Origin: Eledone cirrhosa
Taxonomy: Eukaryota
Length of the DNA stretch: 64,000 nt
Reading direction: 5' to 3'
Assembly (NCBI GenBank): GCA_964016885.1
Contig: OZ024742.1
Location: 38,068,001-38,132,000 of the forward strand
The notes under the pieces are model-generated. The model did no database searches and was not told where the DNA came from. It saw only the letters and a program-made list of their open reading frames with translations. Both the position numbers and the translations under genes were made by a program. Each line of letters starts with the position of its first letter. Position 1 is the stretch's first letter. This document shows, piece by piece, positions 25,667 to 37,430 of the stretch.

Positions 25667-25734
25667 GAAAGTGGACATAAAATAATGATAATGATGATGA
25701 CTATAATTACATCCAACACATGAAATAGCAGAAT

Positions 25735-26290
25735 GAATGAGAGACCAAGGAAGACATGGAACAAAGTTGTGAAGAATGACCTCAAGACACTGTACCTCAC
25801 AAAGAGGATGAGAGGACCAAGCTGACTCATGATATGCCAAAATACAAAAGACCCACCGACCAGTATACACACTATGATACTTTAAAGTAAATGTGGTGAG
25901 AGAACAGAGGTCACAGTGTATGGCAATTGAACAGAGACAATATAGGGTTTGAGAGAACTCTTCAGTCTGGCTAAGCATATGACAACCTCTCTAGTGCTGG
26001 TACCATGATAAAATATACTCAGTACACTCTGTAAAGTGGTAGTATTGGTTCCACAAAATGCACCAAGTCAATTTTGTAAAGTGGTAGTGCTGGTGCCACA
26101 AAAATATGCATCCAGAATGGTAGTTGGCATTAAGAAAAGCATCCAGCCATGGAAACTAAGCCAGATATAGAACATATGAACAAGATAATGTCACTCCAAC
26201 CTGTCTAGTCTCAGATCATAACAACCCTTCCAGTCCATGCGAGCATGGAAAGCAGATATAAAATGCTGGTGTTGCTGGTGATGATGAATG
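25735..26290 (+). mobile_element. RTE 3' end with tandem-unit 3' UTR
   Basis: RPRKTWNKVVKNDLKTLYLT followed by three ~45-nt units (agtgctggt..aaaat..cagtac..tgtaaagtggt) and the terminal module. Confidence 0.75.
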
Positions 26291-26376
26291 AATCTACTAT
26301 TTCCAGCTTTATAGCTGACCTAACCATGGTTCTATCAGCTACTCTTGTACATCAAATGTATCACAATCATTTTACA

Positions 26377-26720
26377 TCTGCTGCACGTCGGGCTGAGGGG
26401 GCCAAACTCCTCAAATACCGGTCGCTCTCCGAAGTTTGCGGTCGTACCCCTGGCAGTGGAGACTTCTGGTGTCCTCGGCCCCAGGGCTACCTCCTTACTC
26501 ACCACCATAGGCGCTGAGCTGGCCAGCCGCAGGTGTGAGCCCCGCGAGTTGGAGTGGTTTTTCCAGCGCGTCTCTCTTGCCGTCCTCCGGGGAAACGCCT
26601 TCTTCATTCTGTCCGCCGGGGCTGTGGGTGGGCCCCATCGCATACCGTTGTAGTTGCTGTATACAGGTATTAACTCATCAATCCCATTGTTTTATACCAT
26701 AAACGTGGTTTTGTCTTTGC
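26377..26720 (+). mobile_element. 3' fragment of a CRE-clade-like non-LTR retrotransposon (restriction-like endonuclease C-terminus)
   Basis: GC-rich island; AARRAEGAKLLKYRSL then, after a frameshift, FAVVPLAVETSGVLGPRA...FFQRVSLAVLRGNA. This fits the recalled KxxKY / FxPxAVET / QRxSxAxxRGNA motifs of CRE elements. Ends at (TA)n. Confidence 0.75.
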
Positions 26721-26741
26721 ATATATATATATAATATGTCT

Positions 26742-26784
26742 TTAATCAGTAACGTAATCCATGATACATTAAAAAAGACGATAT
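26742..26784 (-). repeat. Internal fragment of the Helitron family
   Basis: taatcagtaacgtaatccatgatacattaaaaaagacgatat matches 3801-3843. Confidence 0.75.
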
Positions 26785-26971
26785 GGTTTAGGCAGATCAT
26801 CACAGTCAGAGACAAGACTGGTCAAAGAACTATGTCTTGATTAAATATTCCATATTTGATTAGTTTCTATAGTTGAATGAGCTTCCTAACGCCAACCATT
26901 TTATCATGGTACCAACATTACTGGCATCAGCACTATTGTATATAAATTTCTGTTTGAAGCATTTGTATTAA

Positions 26972-27182
26972 CCCTTTTAATGCTAAACTGCCTGAAACCA
27001 CACTTGGTTCTATGATTAAAAACAGCTTATTTTAAAGTGTTTATGTATATCTAAAAACCTTCCATCATAATTCCAGAATACCAACTTGTAAGAAAGTTAT
27101 TTATATTACTAAAACCTCCAAATTCTTGATTATTTTCGAAATTATTTGAAAATCATGAGCAGAAATATGGTAATTGAAAGGG
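26972..27182 (+). mobile_element. piggyBac-type MITE, intact ends
   Basis: TTAA|CCCTTT...AAAGGG|TTAA. Related copies at about 2298, 6410-6618, 9655-9805, 24880-25078, 27986-28210 (-), 30695, 51241-51488 and 55082-55220 (-). Confidence 0.8.
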
Positions 27183-27985
27183 TTAAGTTTCTACCTACTC
27201 AGTTCCTGCATTATGAGCAAAGCTATTATTCAAATGCTACTGGATTTTTTAATCTCTGCAAATCAAATCTAGTTATCAATATATCATTTCACTTCTTTCC
27301 TGGCTTCAGGATGTCATTGCTTGTCACTATATTTTCTTTCTTCACTCTTTCCTCCTTTCCTCACCTGTCATATTTTTTATTGCCATATTATACTATAGCC
27401 TTCTGCATGGCTAGAACCCAACTATATATATATATATATATATATATATGATAAAATGGGGAGAAAAATACTGCTGGTAGCACATGGATAACATGTAATT
27501 AAATAAGTCCCTCATCAGTGATTTGCCGACGATCATAGATATTTCATTGCATTAAAAATCATATACCTCACGTCATATATATATATACAAACGTTTTTTA
27601 GCATTGCTAAAGCACTGGTTAGCCTTGCCGTCCCTATGACAAGCTTAACCATAATCATCATGGAGTTTTTTTTAGGCAATGTTTTATTTATAAATACTTA
27701 ACCATTCCCATTGTAGTTACTTAAAAAATTGAATGAATTGAATCATTGAGGTAAGTTGCTATTTTATATTCTAATTTAGAAATTGATTTAACTATTTAAT
27801 TTTCAAACTTTAAATTTGGCCAATTTCTCACCACTATATTTGAAAATAATTGTATTCTTATTATAGCATCCACAAGATTTATTTACAAAACCTTGATGCA
27901 GCATATCTTGTAAGTTTATAAACCTTCTTAATGCCAAACACTACACCCTCCCTACTCATGAACAACACATGGTTAAAACCTTCAG

Positions 27986-28210
27986 CCCTTTCGCTATCAT
28001 ATTTCTAATGAAAACTACTGCCTTTGATTTTCAAATAATTTTGAAAATAATCAAAAATTTGGATGGATTTAGTAATATAACTAACTTTCTCATTAACAAA
28101 GGCTCTTAGAATTATCACAGAAGGTGTTTAGATAAATAAAAGCACCTTAAAACAAAAACTTTTCTATCACAGAACATGGGGCAGTTTCAAGAAGTTTGAT
28201 GTCAAAAGGG
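27986..28210 (-). mobile_element. piggyBac-type MITE, same family, opposite orientation
   Basis: ccctttcgctatcatatttctaatgaaa...tttgatgtcaaaaggg|ttaa is the reverse complement of the 26972 family. Confidence 0.75.
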
Positions 28211-28869
28211 TTAAATTTCCTGCATATGCTAGGCCTGAAAATATCTGACAACCACATATCTATAACCTTGCCAAAAATTTTCTCCTAAATGCTAAGTTTC
28301 CTCCACAAAGCCTGAAAATACCTCAGTCTAGTCAGTTGCATAAGTGCAACCTACAATGGAACTGTATGGCTGTTAGATATTTTTAAAAAAAGGAAACAAA
28401 AACAGAATACATCCCAAAAAGGTCATCAAAAATTTACTAACCACTAACCCACAGGCAAGCTGTAACATTTCTCTGCTTTTACTACCACTCTATAATATCC
28501 TCTACTCCTTCTATTTAGCAGCAATTCCAGCCAAGCCTATCCATTATTCCCATCTGTCCACTTCTTATCTTCCCTTAAGTCTCTAACCCTCAAATCCTGC
28601 ACCTTTGCTCAATGCCATCTCTTTAAAACTTCAATCCTCTAAAATTTCCTTTCTGTTCTGGTTTTTCCCCATAAGTATCAACCTATACAAGAGCTGCTCC
28701 AACCTCACTGCCACCTTTAATAAAACAATGAAAAAACACATCATGTAGAAATGTAATTGAAATCTTATAACAATTTTTATGCATCAATAAAAAATATATA
28801 TAACTGGAAAAAACCTCCCCTTTCATTATCTTCCATAAGTAAATCATTACACACACTGTCACTAACAGC

Positions 28870-29030
28870 AACCACCTCGCTGATGTAATAACCTAACTCC
28901 TTAGGTAGTTTGGTCACCACTGATAATAGCTCCTTGAACTTTTTCCACCCTTTTTCTCTGCCTGCTATGACTTTGAAGCACCCGACTCCACTGCTAATTA
29001 AGTTATTTGGGCTATTTTATAACTTCACTT
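28870..29030 (-). pseudogene. Degenerate RTE RT fragment
   Basis: Minus strand LISSGVGCFKVIAG..GWKKFKELLSVV resembles ISSEGGCSE..TGWKKFRELLPLL. Confidence 0.55.
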
Positions 29031-30761
29031 GACAGTCGAAGGAGAGAGTTACTATGAAGAGATGTTGCTAAGAGAGAGAGGGAGGAAACAGGACAAAGGT
29101 TAGTGCAAGTGGGGAGAAAAATAGATACACTCCTTAGACAGACAGACATTTAGATGGCTATATTGATTTAGATAAATGAAGAAAAAACTCTTTAGTCTTG
29201 CAGAGTGCAAGTCTTACTAGTGCTGGCACTATAATAAAACACATTCAATAAAATGGTTGAAGCATGAACGAATAGAATACAGAGTTGAGAGGACCCTTTG
29301 GCATTTCTAATGGCATGGTAAACTTCTTAGTGTTGGTGCCATGATAAAATGCATTCAGTACTCTTTGTTAAGTGGTTGGTGTTAGAAAGGACACTCAGCA
29401 GTAGAAACCATGCCAAAAGTAGAATACATAACCCCCAAATAAGAATTCAAATGATCTGTCTAACCCATGCCAGCATGGGAAACAGACTTTAAAAAGTGGC
29501 AGCAGTAGCAGCGATGAAAAGGTGGTGGTGGTGGTGGTGGTGGTGGGGATGGTGATGAGGAGGAGGAGGAGGGTAGAAAGATTCAAAAGCATAATGGTAA
29601 ATAAAATTTATGACCAAGTTAGGTATTCTTATTTCTTCTTCTCTATAAATGTGAGCCACTTGTCTATAAATGAATTATTAAACTAACTTTTAGGTCAAGT
29701 AGCTGAAAAATTGCAGAGATAGCTTTCAAATGGTAAACAGTACATTTTCTAGAATGCACTATTTTTCTCTATTCTTTTCTTGTCATATCATGTTTTGTCT
29801 TTATATGAATGGATTGGTATTTTCTATTCCTTGAAAAAAATTAGGTATTTCTTGCTCAAGAGATATACCAACAACCTTCAGGCTGGTATTTTATCCATAT
29901 TATATAAACAAAAGCAACAGGAGAAACTATAGGAACTTAAAGTCTTTTTAATTACACCATGTTGAAGTCTTTGTATATACCAAACACTTTCAAACTCACA
30001 TGAGAGAAAAAGAGATACAGAACCAAGAGAGTTAAGATATCATGTTCTGCATACATGGGCCCTGAACTCCTGATGGAGTCATGGGAGCACAATAATAACA
30101 TACACCATGTCTTGGGAATTTTTAAAACTTGGGACACCATCCTTCTCCAAATCTAAACACAGCCGATTTCTGAGAGAGGGGGGGGGGGGCTGATCCTAGT
30201 ACTGAACAGGCACTTTATTGATTGGCCTTAAAAGGATGAAAGGCAAAGTTAACCTTAGCAGTATTTGAACTCAGGGTGCAGAGAGTTCTATCTAACATTT
30301 TGGCAATCCGCTGTCCTTGAATGCATTCTACTAACACACATTCACTCTTTCATAAGGCATACAGCTATAAAATACCTGTACCAAATGTTAAAAATTGCAG
30401 AACCGGTCCAACTGTGCAAGCCTAAGAAAACTGCCATAAAATATCTCTCTCTCATCAGTAATGGGTAGGTAGGGAAATTTCTGAGTAAAATGTGACAAAT
30501 TACCACACTTTACTTCAATAGATAATTTTTCTCACCTAGTGAGAAAATCATTCAAATGAAACATAAAATGTGTCACCAAAAATCGGACTATTTATTGTCT
30601 GTAAAATATAACCACTGTAAAATATAACTACTGAATATACAACTCAAATTAAAATAGTGTTTATAAACATGAATCAAGCTAAACTAAGTTATTTTTACCC
30701 TTTTGATACCAAACCATCTGGATCTGACTCTGGTTCTTTGATACAAAGTTGTTTATTTTAA

Positions 30762-30959
30762 ACCTTTAGCATTTACAATACTCTATATTTACTATTGTAT
30801 TTTTTGTGGTAAAGGCTTTATCTCACATAATATTGAATCTATATTATTCATTTTGAGAACAATACCTTAACATCAGTATGAGTAGCCAGTTATGGCCAGT
30901 TTAAAGAGAAAGGGGTGAGAGAATTCTGGCTGGATACAGCCAGTTTAAATGCTAAAGGG
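30762..30959. mobile_element. Second piggyBac-type MITE nested in a TTAA of the first family
   Basis: TTAA|accttTAGCATTTA...TAAATGCTAAAGGG|TTAA; the flanks rejoin to ttattttaaagtg as in 27027-27040. Confidence 0.7.
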
Positions 30960-32175
30960 TTAAAGTGCTTATATTTATTTAAATGTGTTCACTTACCTGA
31001 TTGATCCTAATCCTGCTGGAAAGTCAAACTTTGACTATGTTTTTTAACCTCAGGAATTATTTATATTATTCCATGTTTTATTTTGACTTATTACATTTTC
31101 GTCTCCATTAAGTATAAAGGCACAAACTCTTTTTCCTTGTGTAATACAAGTTGACATATGCTTCTCTAATTTTACTTTGAAGTAATGAGGAAGAAAAAAT
31201 AAAATAAAATAAATGACTGGAGCTGTAGCAATTAACTTCACAAATTACGTGAAAATTAACACCTGCATTTTTTCCATTGTATTTTTAGGGGAAAAAAAAA
31301 CAACTTACAAAATGACTAGCCTTTGTATTTTGAAACACTTCCAAAGTATAAATAACATTTGTAACTATTTGTAAAAGTTACTGGAAGTACATTTACATTT
31401 GATTAATTAATTAATTCTAATATTAGGCTTTAGAATACTGCAATATTAACAAAACTTAGAATAGAAATGCATGCATTAAAAATGAAATTTTTTAGAAAAA
31501 CCACATGGAGTTTGTCATGAATCTCAGTATAGATAGATTTTTGAAAGTACAAAATGGTTCTTGACATGTCCTAGAATCTGTAGTAACAGTTAAACTATGC
31601 TCTGCTGAGGAGCTCCAATAAGACAGATCATGCCAGAAGTTGTCACCTTATTGCTAAAGATTAGATTCCCATCACACTGAGATCGATGTGACTGAGGTTC
31701 AGCAGGTGAAGATCTACAGAAAAATCTGGACGGGGAGGAGGAGGGTGGAGAGAAGGTGGAGGAGTCACTGCCGCTGCTGCAACATGCCACTTTAGAGAAT
31801 ACTCAATACAAAGGTTAGCATTTAGTTCTTCTGTCCACATAGGTTTTTCTTTCCACAACATTTCTTCACTCAAAAATCATCATCTGTATAGATAACACAT
31901 CTGTACAAGTACAACCTTCTCTTCAGCACATTACAACTGATTCTTTTTATGTTCAGTTTATTTCTTAACTCCTCAACACTTTATCATTTATGCACATTAA
32001 CATTACATATCCAGTGAAGCATGCTCAATTTATTTTTATTTCCAATCTTTGCATTTAATGCCCATGTATAACAAATCTGAGAGTGGAGTAATTTTAGAAG
32101 GGAGTCTATAGGAAAACTCATTTAAATAAAAGGGATTTTTGTGAGAGAAAAGGGTTGGGAATCACTAATTTAAAC

Positions 32176-34490
32176 AATAATTTATTATAATAATAATAAT
32201 GAAATTATTGTGTAAAGTGCTCAGGTGCACTACAACTCGTCAAAGGTGCATGTATAGTACATAGAATAATATACAAATGTCAGGGAAGTGAATAGTGTAT
32301 GAGTCATAATATACATGTGTGCATGTGTATGGAGGGGGAATATTAGGTTTGGTTGCACGTATCTGAACAGTTTCCAGGCGGTCAATGTTCTGAGCAAGAT
32401 AGGGGTTCCAGACTGGTGATGCAAATTCTAAGTGTGGCCGCGCTATAGCTATATACAGCTTTAAATAGATAGCTGGAGAGCGGCTGACAAAGGTCTTGCT
32501 GAGTGATGCTAAGATACCCTCGGCCTTCTTGACAATTTTAGAAACATGCTTCGTCCAACGCAAATCGCTGCTGACAGTAATGCCCAGGTCATGTTCACAA
32601 GAAGACTTCTTGATATTAGTGTTGTGGAGGGAGTATGTGGACGCTGGGTTTTTACTCCCAAAATGCATGGTGGTACACTTGTCCACAGCCAGCTTGAGTT
32701 GCCAGTCCATGATCCATTGTTGCATTGTGTCCTGGTCAGATTGCAGGCAAGATCTATAGTGTTCAGGATCTGTCCTTTTTATCTCAAGGTACAGCTTGGT
32801 GTCATCTGCATATTTCAGAACTGTGGCATTCTTTAAGTTGGCATCAATGTCATTAATATATGCCACAAACAAAAGGAGGCCAAGAACAGATCCCTGTGGT
32901 ACACCAGATGACATCTCATACGGTGAGGAATGCCGTCCTACAACCATGACTACCTCTCTTCGACTGAGAATGAAGGACTTTCTTTCAACCAGTTAAAAAG
33001 ATCATCCTTCACACCCATTGCAGAGAGTTTTGCCATAAGTCTTTTGTGTGGCACAGAATTGAAAGCTTTAGGAAAGTCAAGGTAAACAACATCCACCCAT
33101 GAGCCGCCATCAGTGATCCGGGTGATGTCTTCAAGAAACTTGATAAGTTGATCACAGCAGCTGGAGTTAGGGTAAATCCAAATTGTGAGGGCCAGATAAG
33201 ACTGTGAGAGTTCCAGAAGTTCCAAAGTGTTTCTCTGACACAGGATTCCATCAGTTTGGCAATGCAGCTAGTAAGACTGACTGGATGATAGCTCACAGGT
33301 GATGTGTGGTCACCCTTTTTGAACAGAGGAATGACACTGGCAGTTTTTCACTGCTCCAGAGTAGCCCCGTTGTTAAGACAGAATTGAAAGAAGAGTGATA
33401 GCTGGTGCAGAAGGAAGTACCCACCACGTTTGCGAAGCAGATATGTAACACCATCAAGACCAGGAGAGGCATGGTTGCCTTTATGTTTAAGGTGACGTCG
33501 CAGCATTGCAGGTATAAATTCCATAGTTGTAATAGAACCTGATGTCAGAGGTGGTGGAGATGGTACACTCTGATCTTCAACAGTGAAAATGCCTGCATAG
33601 CATTCAGCAATGAGTTCTGCGCATTCCTTGGGGTCGTCAGTAACCTGGCTTGTGTGGGGATTGCGAAGAGGACCAACTGGAGAGTGAGGCCTCTGCTTTG
33701 AGTGAACATACTTCCAGAACACCTTACTGTCAGGGTTGGGTTGCTATGCGCTGCTCAAATTCAAGCACTGCCTTTTTTTTCACCTGCTCGAGATGGTTGG
33801 ATGATTTACTTCGCTTTTTCCTATTGATATCTGATTTATGCAGTCTGTACTTGCATTCAGCATTACAACGTTCTTTCCTGGCAATGCTACAGTCTCCCAA
33901 ATTGCACTCTTGGGATGTTTTTTCTGCTTACGTAGCACCGATGCTGCACATGCTGTCCATATTGAGCTCAGGATGTTCTGGAGTACACTGTTGACATCTC
34001 CAGAGTCATAAAACTCAAGCTAGTTTGGACGCTGCAGCTCAGTGCAGTAACAGTTCCAGTCCAATTTATTCCAGTCAAAGTAAGCAGTTTGGAGATAGTT
34101 GTGGTTTTTGTTACTGCCCATGACAGATTGGCAATGATCATAGCATGATCAGAGTCACCTAAAGGTTCCTCAGTAGTATCACTAATAACCGTTTCAGGAG
34201 TAGTGGTGAAGAGTAGATCCAAAGTGTTGTCACCTCTTGTTGGGGAGGTGACTACTTGGGACCAGTTCAAGTCCAGCACTAGTTCATTTGCACTTTGCAG
34301 CCAACGAAAGGTTTCCCAGTCAATCTCAGGGTGCTTGAAGATCCCTGCAATAAAAACATAAGTGGCTGTTTTCCTGACAGCAGTTCTGAGGATATCACAA
34401 AGTTGAGTGTCCTGATGGTAATTTGGAGGATGGTAAACGACTCCAAGTAGCAGTGTTGACACGGTCATATGTATATCGCAGAAAAATACT
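32176..34490 (-). mobile_element. CR1-type LINE ORF2 (APE + RT), frameshifted, with 3' UTR and (TAT)n tail
   Basis: APE motifs VVYHPPN, SPTRGDNTLDLLFT, LGDSDHAMI; RT motifs YHPVSLTSCIAKLME, VDVVYLDFPKAF, SGVPQGSVLG, YADDTK, RPHLEFASPVWNP. Confidence 0.93.
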
Positions 34491-36269
34491 TCTTGCAGAA
34501 AATTACTTCTTATCAAACACACTTGCCAATATTTGGAATAAAAACTATGATACTGATATAATAAATAAGTAGAAAAAAAATATCCCAGTTCTCTAAAGGA
34601 GATAGTTGAAAACAGAACAGATAAAAACAAGATTAAGATGCATGGAGCTATTTACAACAATTATTTGAGATGTATTTTCTTAATTTCATATCTTACTGTT
34701 ACAGCTTAAATGTCCAGTACAATTTTTCTTATACTAAGGACATCCTTATATGCAATAAGATATAAATATACATGTGATGCTTTATATTTAAATGAATCTA
34801 ACACAACTACTTCTGAGTCAAGTGCTTGCTAAGTTTCACCTCAAATGAAAGTGGTACATTGGAATGACTATTTTTATAGAAATACATAACTTAATGACAT
34901 ATTAGTATGATTAGAAAAACAAAATAAAAAGATATGTATTCCATATAAGAGGAGAGATAGAAATAGCTGAAGGGAGCTGAGAGAGAGAAAGAGCTGAGAC
35001 AGAGAGAGAGGGAAAACTAAAGAGAAGAGAAACAGATCTGAGAAACAAGAAAGTCTAGTTTATATAAATATGTTTTAACATAATTTAATAATGCATACAT
35101 ATAAATTATTATTATATCATTATTATCATCATGATCAACATTAGCAAGAGCAACATTCCATTTAAGGTCAACTTTGCCCAGCATCCCCCAAGATCAATGA
35201 AATATCTAACTGAAAGTTGATTAGAATAACTATACCTCTTCCTTGCAAAATGTATGGCCTAGTGCCAAACTTACAAAAATTATTATTATTAGGATTCATT
35301 GCTGTTGTTTGTTGATCAGTTGGTAAAATAAAAGAGTACATGAAAAAAATATGGTGAATCTCATGAAAATGGATAGGGTACAATAATTTAAATGTTCCAC
35401 ATTTAGTCATCTAACAAAGTCGATTGCATCAAAACTAATATAGATTTAGTCTTTATTTTATTAACACTAGAAGGAATGAAAGGCAAAATTGTCCTTTACT
35501 GACAAGATCCATATTGAGTTTAATATTAATATCCCTTTGATGTTGTGCTGGTGCTGGAAGCAAGTAAATCTTCATGCTTCCTTTAGTAATGTAATTAGTG
35601 TTTGTTGAGTTAGTCATTGGACAGTGGTTAGAATAGTTGTAAGAAAATGTCTAGAGAAAGAACACTACTGCTTCAGAGTAAATTAATCATAAATGTGCAT
35701 CAAATATGTGATGCTGTATTGTTGAAAAATATTAACAGTACAGTCAGCAATATTAGAGACTCTGCAAAGGATGGAGAGAAATGTATCAACCATGCAGCAA
35801 TATGGTGTACATATTCCAAACTAGATACATATATAATAAGCCACCCCTCTCCTTGATCACCTTCCCATTTTTCTTTCTCTTCTTTTTATCCCAACTTCTC
35901 TCCCAGTTATGCACAGTTTCCCAAATAAAATAACTTCAACTTACAGTTTGGCAAACTGAAAAATATAATTTTTTATACATCTTGCTCTGACCATACAAAG
36001 AAAATTACTAAACCTGTATTTTTAACTACACAGTCCATACTCACCCACACCAAATCATAATATTGTATGACCCTTTCCACCACTTTGGATATTTCTACAT
36101 ACCCAAGTCCCCAGTCCACACAATAAAGTGGGATTGTAGGCAGACTAGCAGAAAAGATACGCTTTGTTTGTGACAGATACATAGGAGAAGTAAGCACTAA
36201 GAGACTCCTTAGAAGTTGTTAACAGCTTTTGTTACTAAGGTGATCTAATTAGCAGTTGGGGAGGTTGCA

Positions 36270-36545
36270 CTGAAAGTGTGATACATGCACCCAGTACATG
36301 GTGTTAAGTGGTTGGTGATATGAAGGGCGTCCAGCCATAAAATGTTTGCCAAACTGTGTCAAGGACATGACAACACTCTATGATAAAATACATTTGGTAG
36401 AACATGGAACAGTATGTAAGCGAGATGTGAAGACCTGGCCTGTCTGGGAGGTCAGTAGGCCCACTTTGATACAGACTGGGTTTGTGAAGATCCATCCAAC
36501 ACTTGCTAACAGAGAAAGTGGATGTTAAATGACGATGATGATGAT
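36270..36545 (+). mobile_element. RTE-tail non-autonomous repeat
   Basis: atgcacccagtac..aagtggttggt..aagggcgtccagcc..ccatccaacacttgctaacagagaaagtggatgttaaatgac(GAT)n; similar copies at 29215-29500, 41330-41585, 50185-50390 and 54220-54535. Confidence 0.65.
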
Positions 36546-37034
36546 TTTATTTTTATATATATTTACACACACACACACACACACTTCTGTTAATCCGACA
36601 CTACTGAAATGGAACTTTATTCATTGACCGTGGAAGGATGAATGACAAAATTAACCTCTGCAGGATTTGACCTTGGAGTGCAGTGAGATGGGACAAATAC
36701 TGAGGCATTTAATCTGACACCTTAACAACTGTGTCAATTCACCATCGAGCTACACTGGATTTAAACAACAATAACAGCTGAACACTACCTAATCATTCTT
36801 TCCCCTGAAAATATTTTCTTAGCCATGTCTTCACTAAAACTACAAGAAACCTGCTGGAGCTGAACCAATACACTAATATCATTAACCTCATAGTTATCCC
36901 TACTTCCAGTCTAAAGCTATGCCGGCAAGCAGCCCCTAATATCTCAAACTAAATAATAGGCATTGACACTAACACCTACAATAATCAATGCATGCCCCCA
37001 TCCCTTAACCCCTCACATAAAATCACTGTACATA

Positions 37035-37430
37035 GGCATTCAATAATCATGGCATATACATGCACGCCTATTCACTAATCAGATATACACATACACACAT
37101 GACAATCATGGCATGTACACGAACACACACAATAATCACATACAACGATCATGGCACAAGCACACAGAGCAATAATCACACAGAATAACTATATCATGTA
37201 TACATACACATAATAAATAGGATGTGTATACACACACACATACACACACACGTGCACAATAATCCTCACATAATAATCAGTACATTATACAAACAACAAA
37301 AATTAGTGTATAGATACACAATAAGTGAATACACACACACACATACACACAAATGTCATGACTCACATGCATACACTCATAACACGCACACAAACACAAT
37401 AATCCTTACAGTCATAAGTACATACTAACA
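37035..37430. repeat. Degenerate minisatellite (acaataatca..tggca..acacac units)
   Basis: Recurrent caataatca / atcatggca motifs interspersed with (CA)n. Confidence 0.65.

Noticed and set aside
25990-26160. CRISPR-like repeat array
   Set aside because: Degenerate contiguous units without unique spacers, inside a retroelement 3' UTR in eukaryotic DNA.
31590-31873. Independent protein-coding gene
   Set aside because: Short low-complexity ORFs without a recognisable domain; kept only as a candidate UTR exon.
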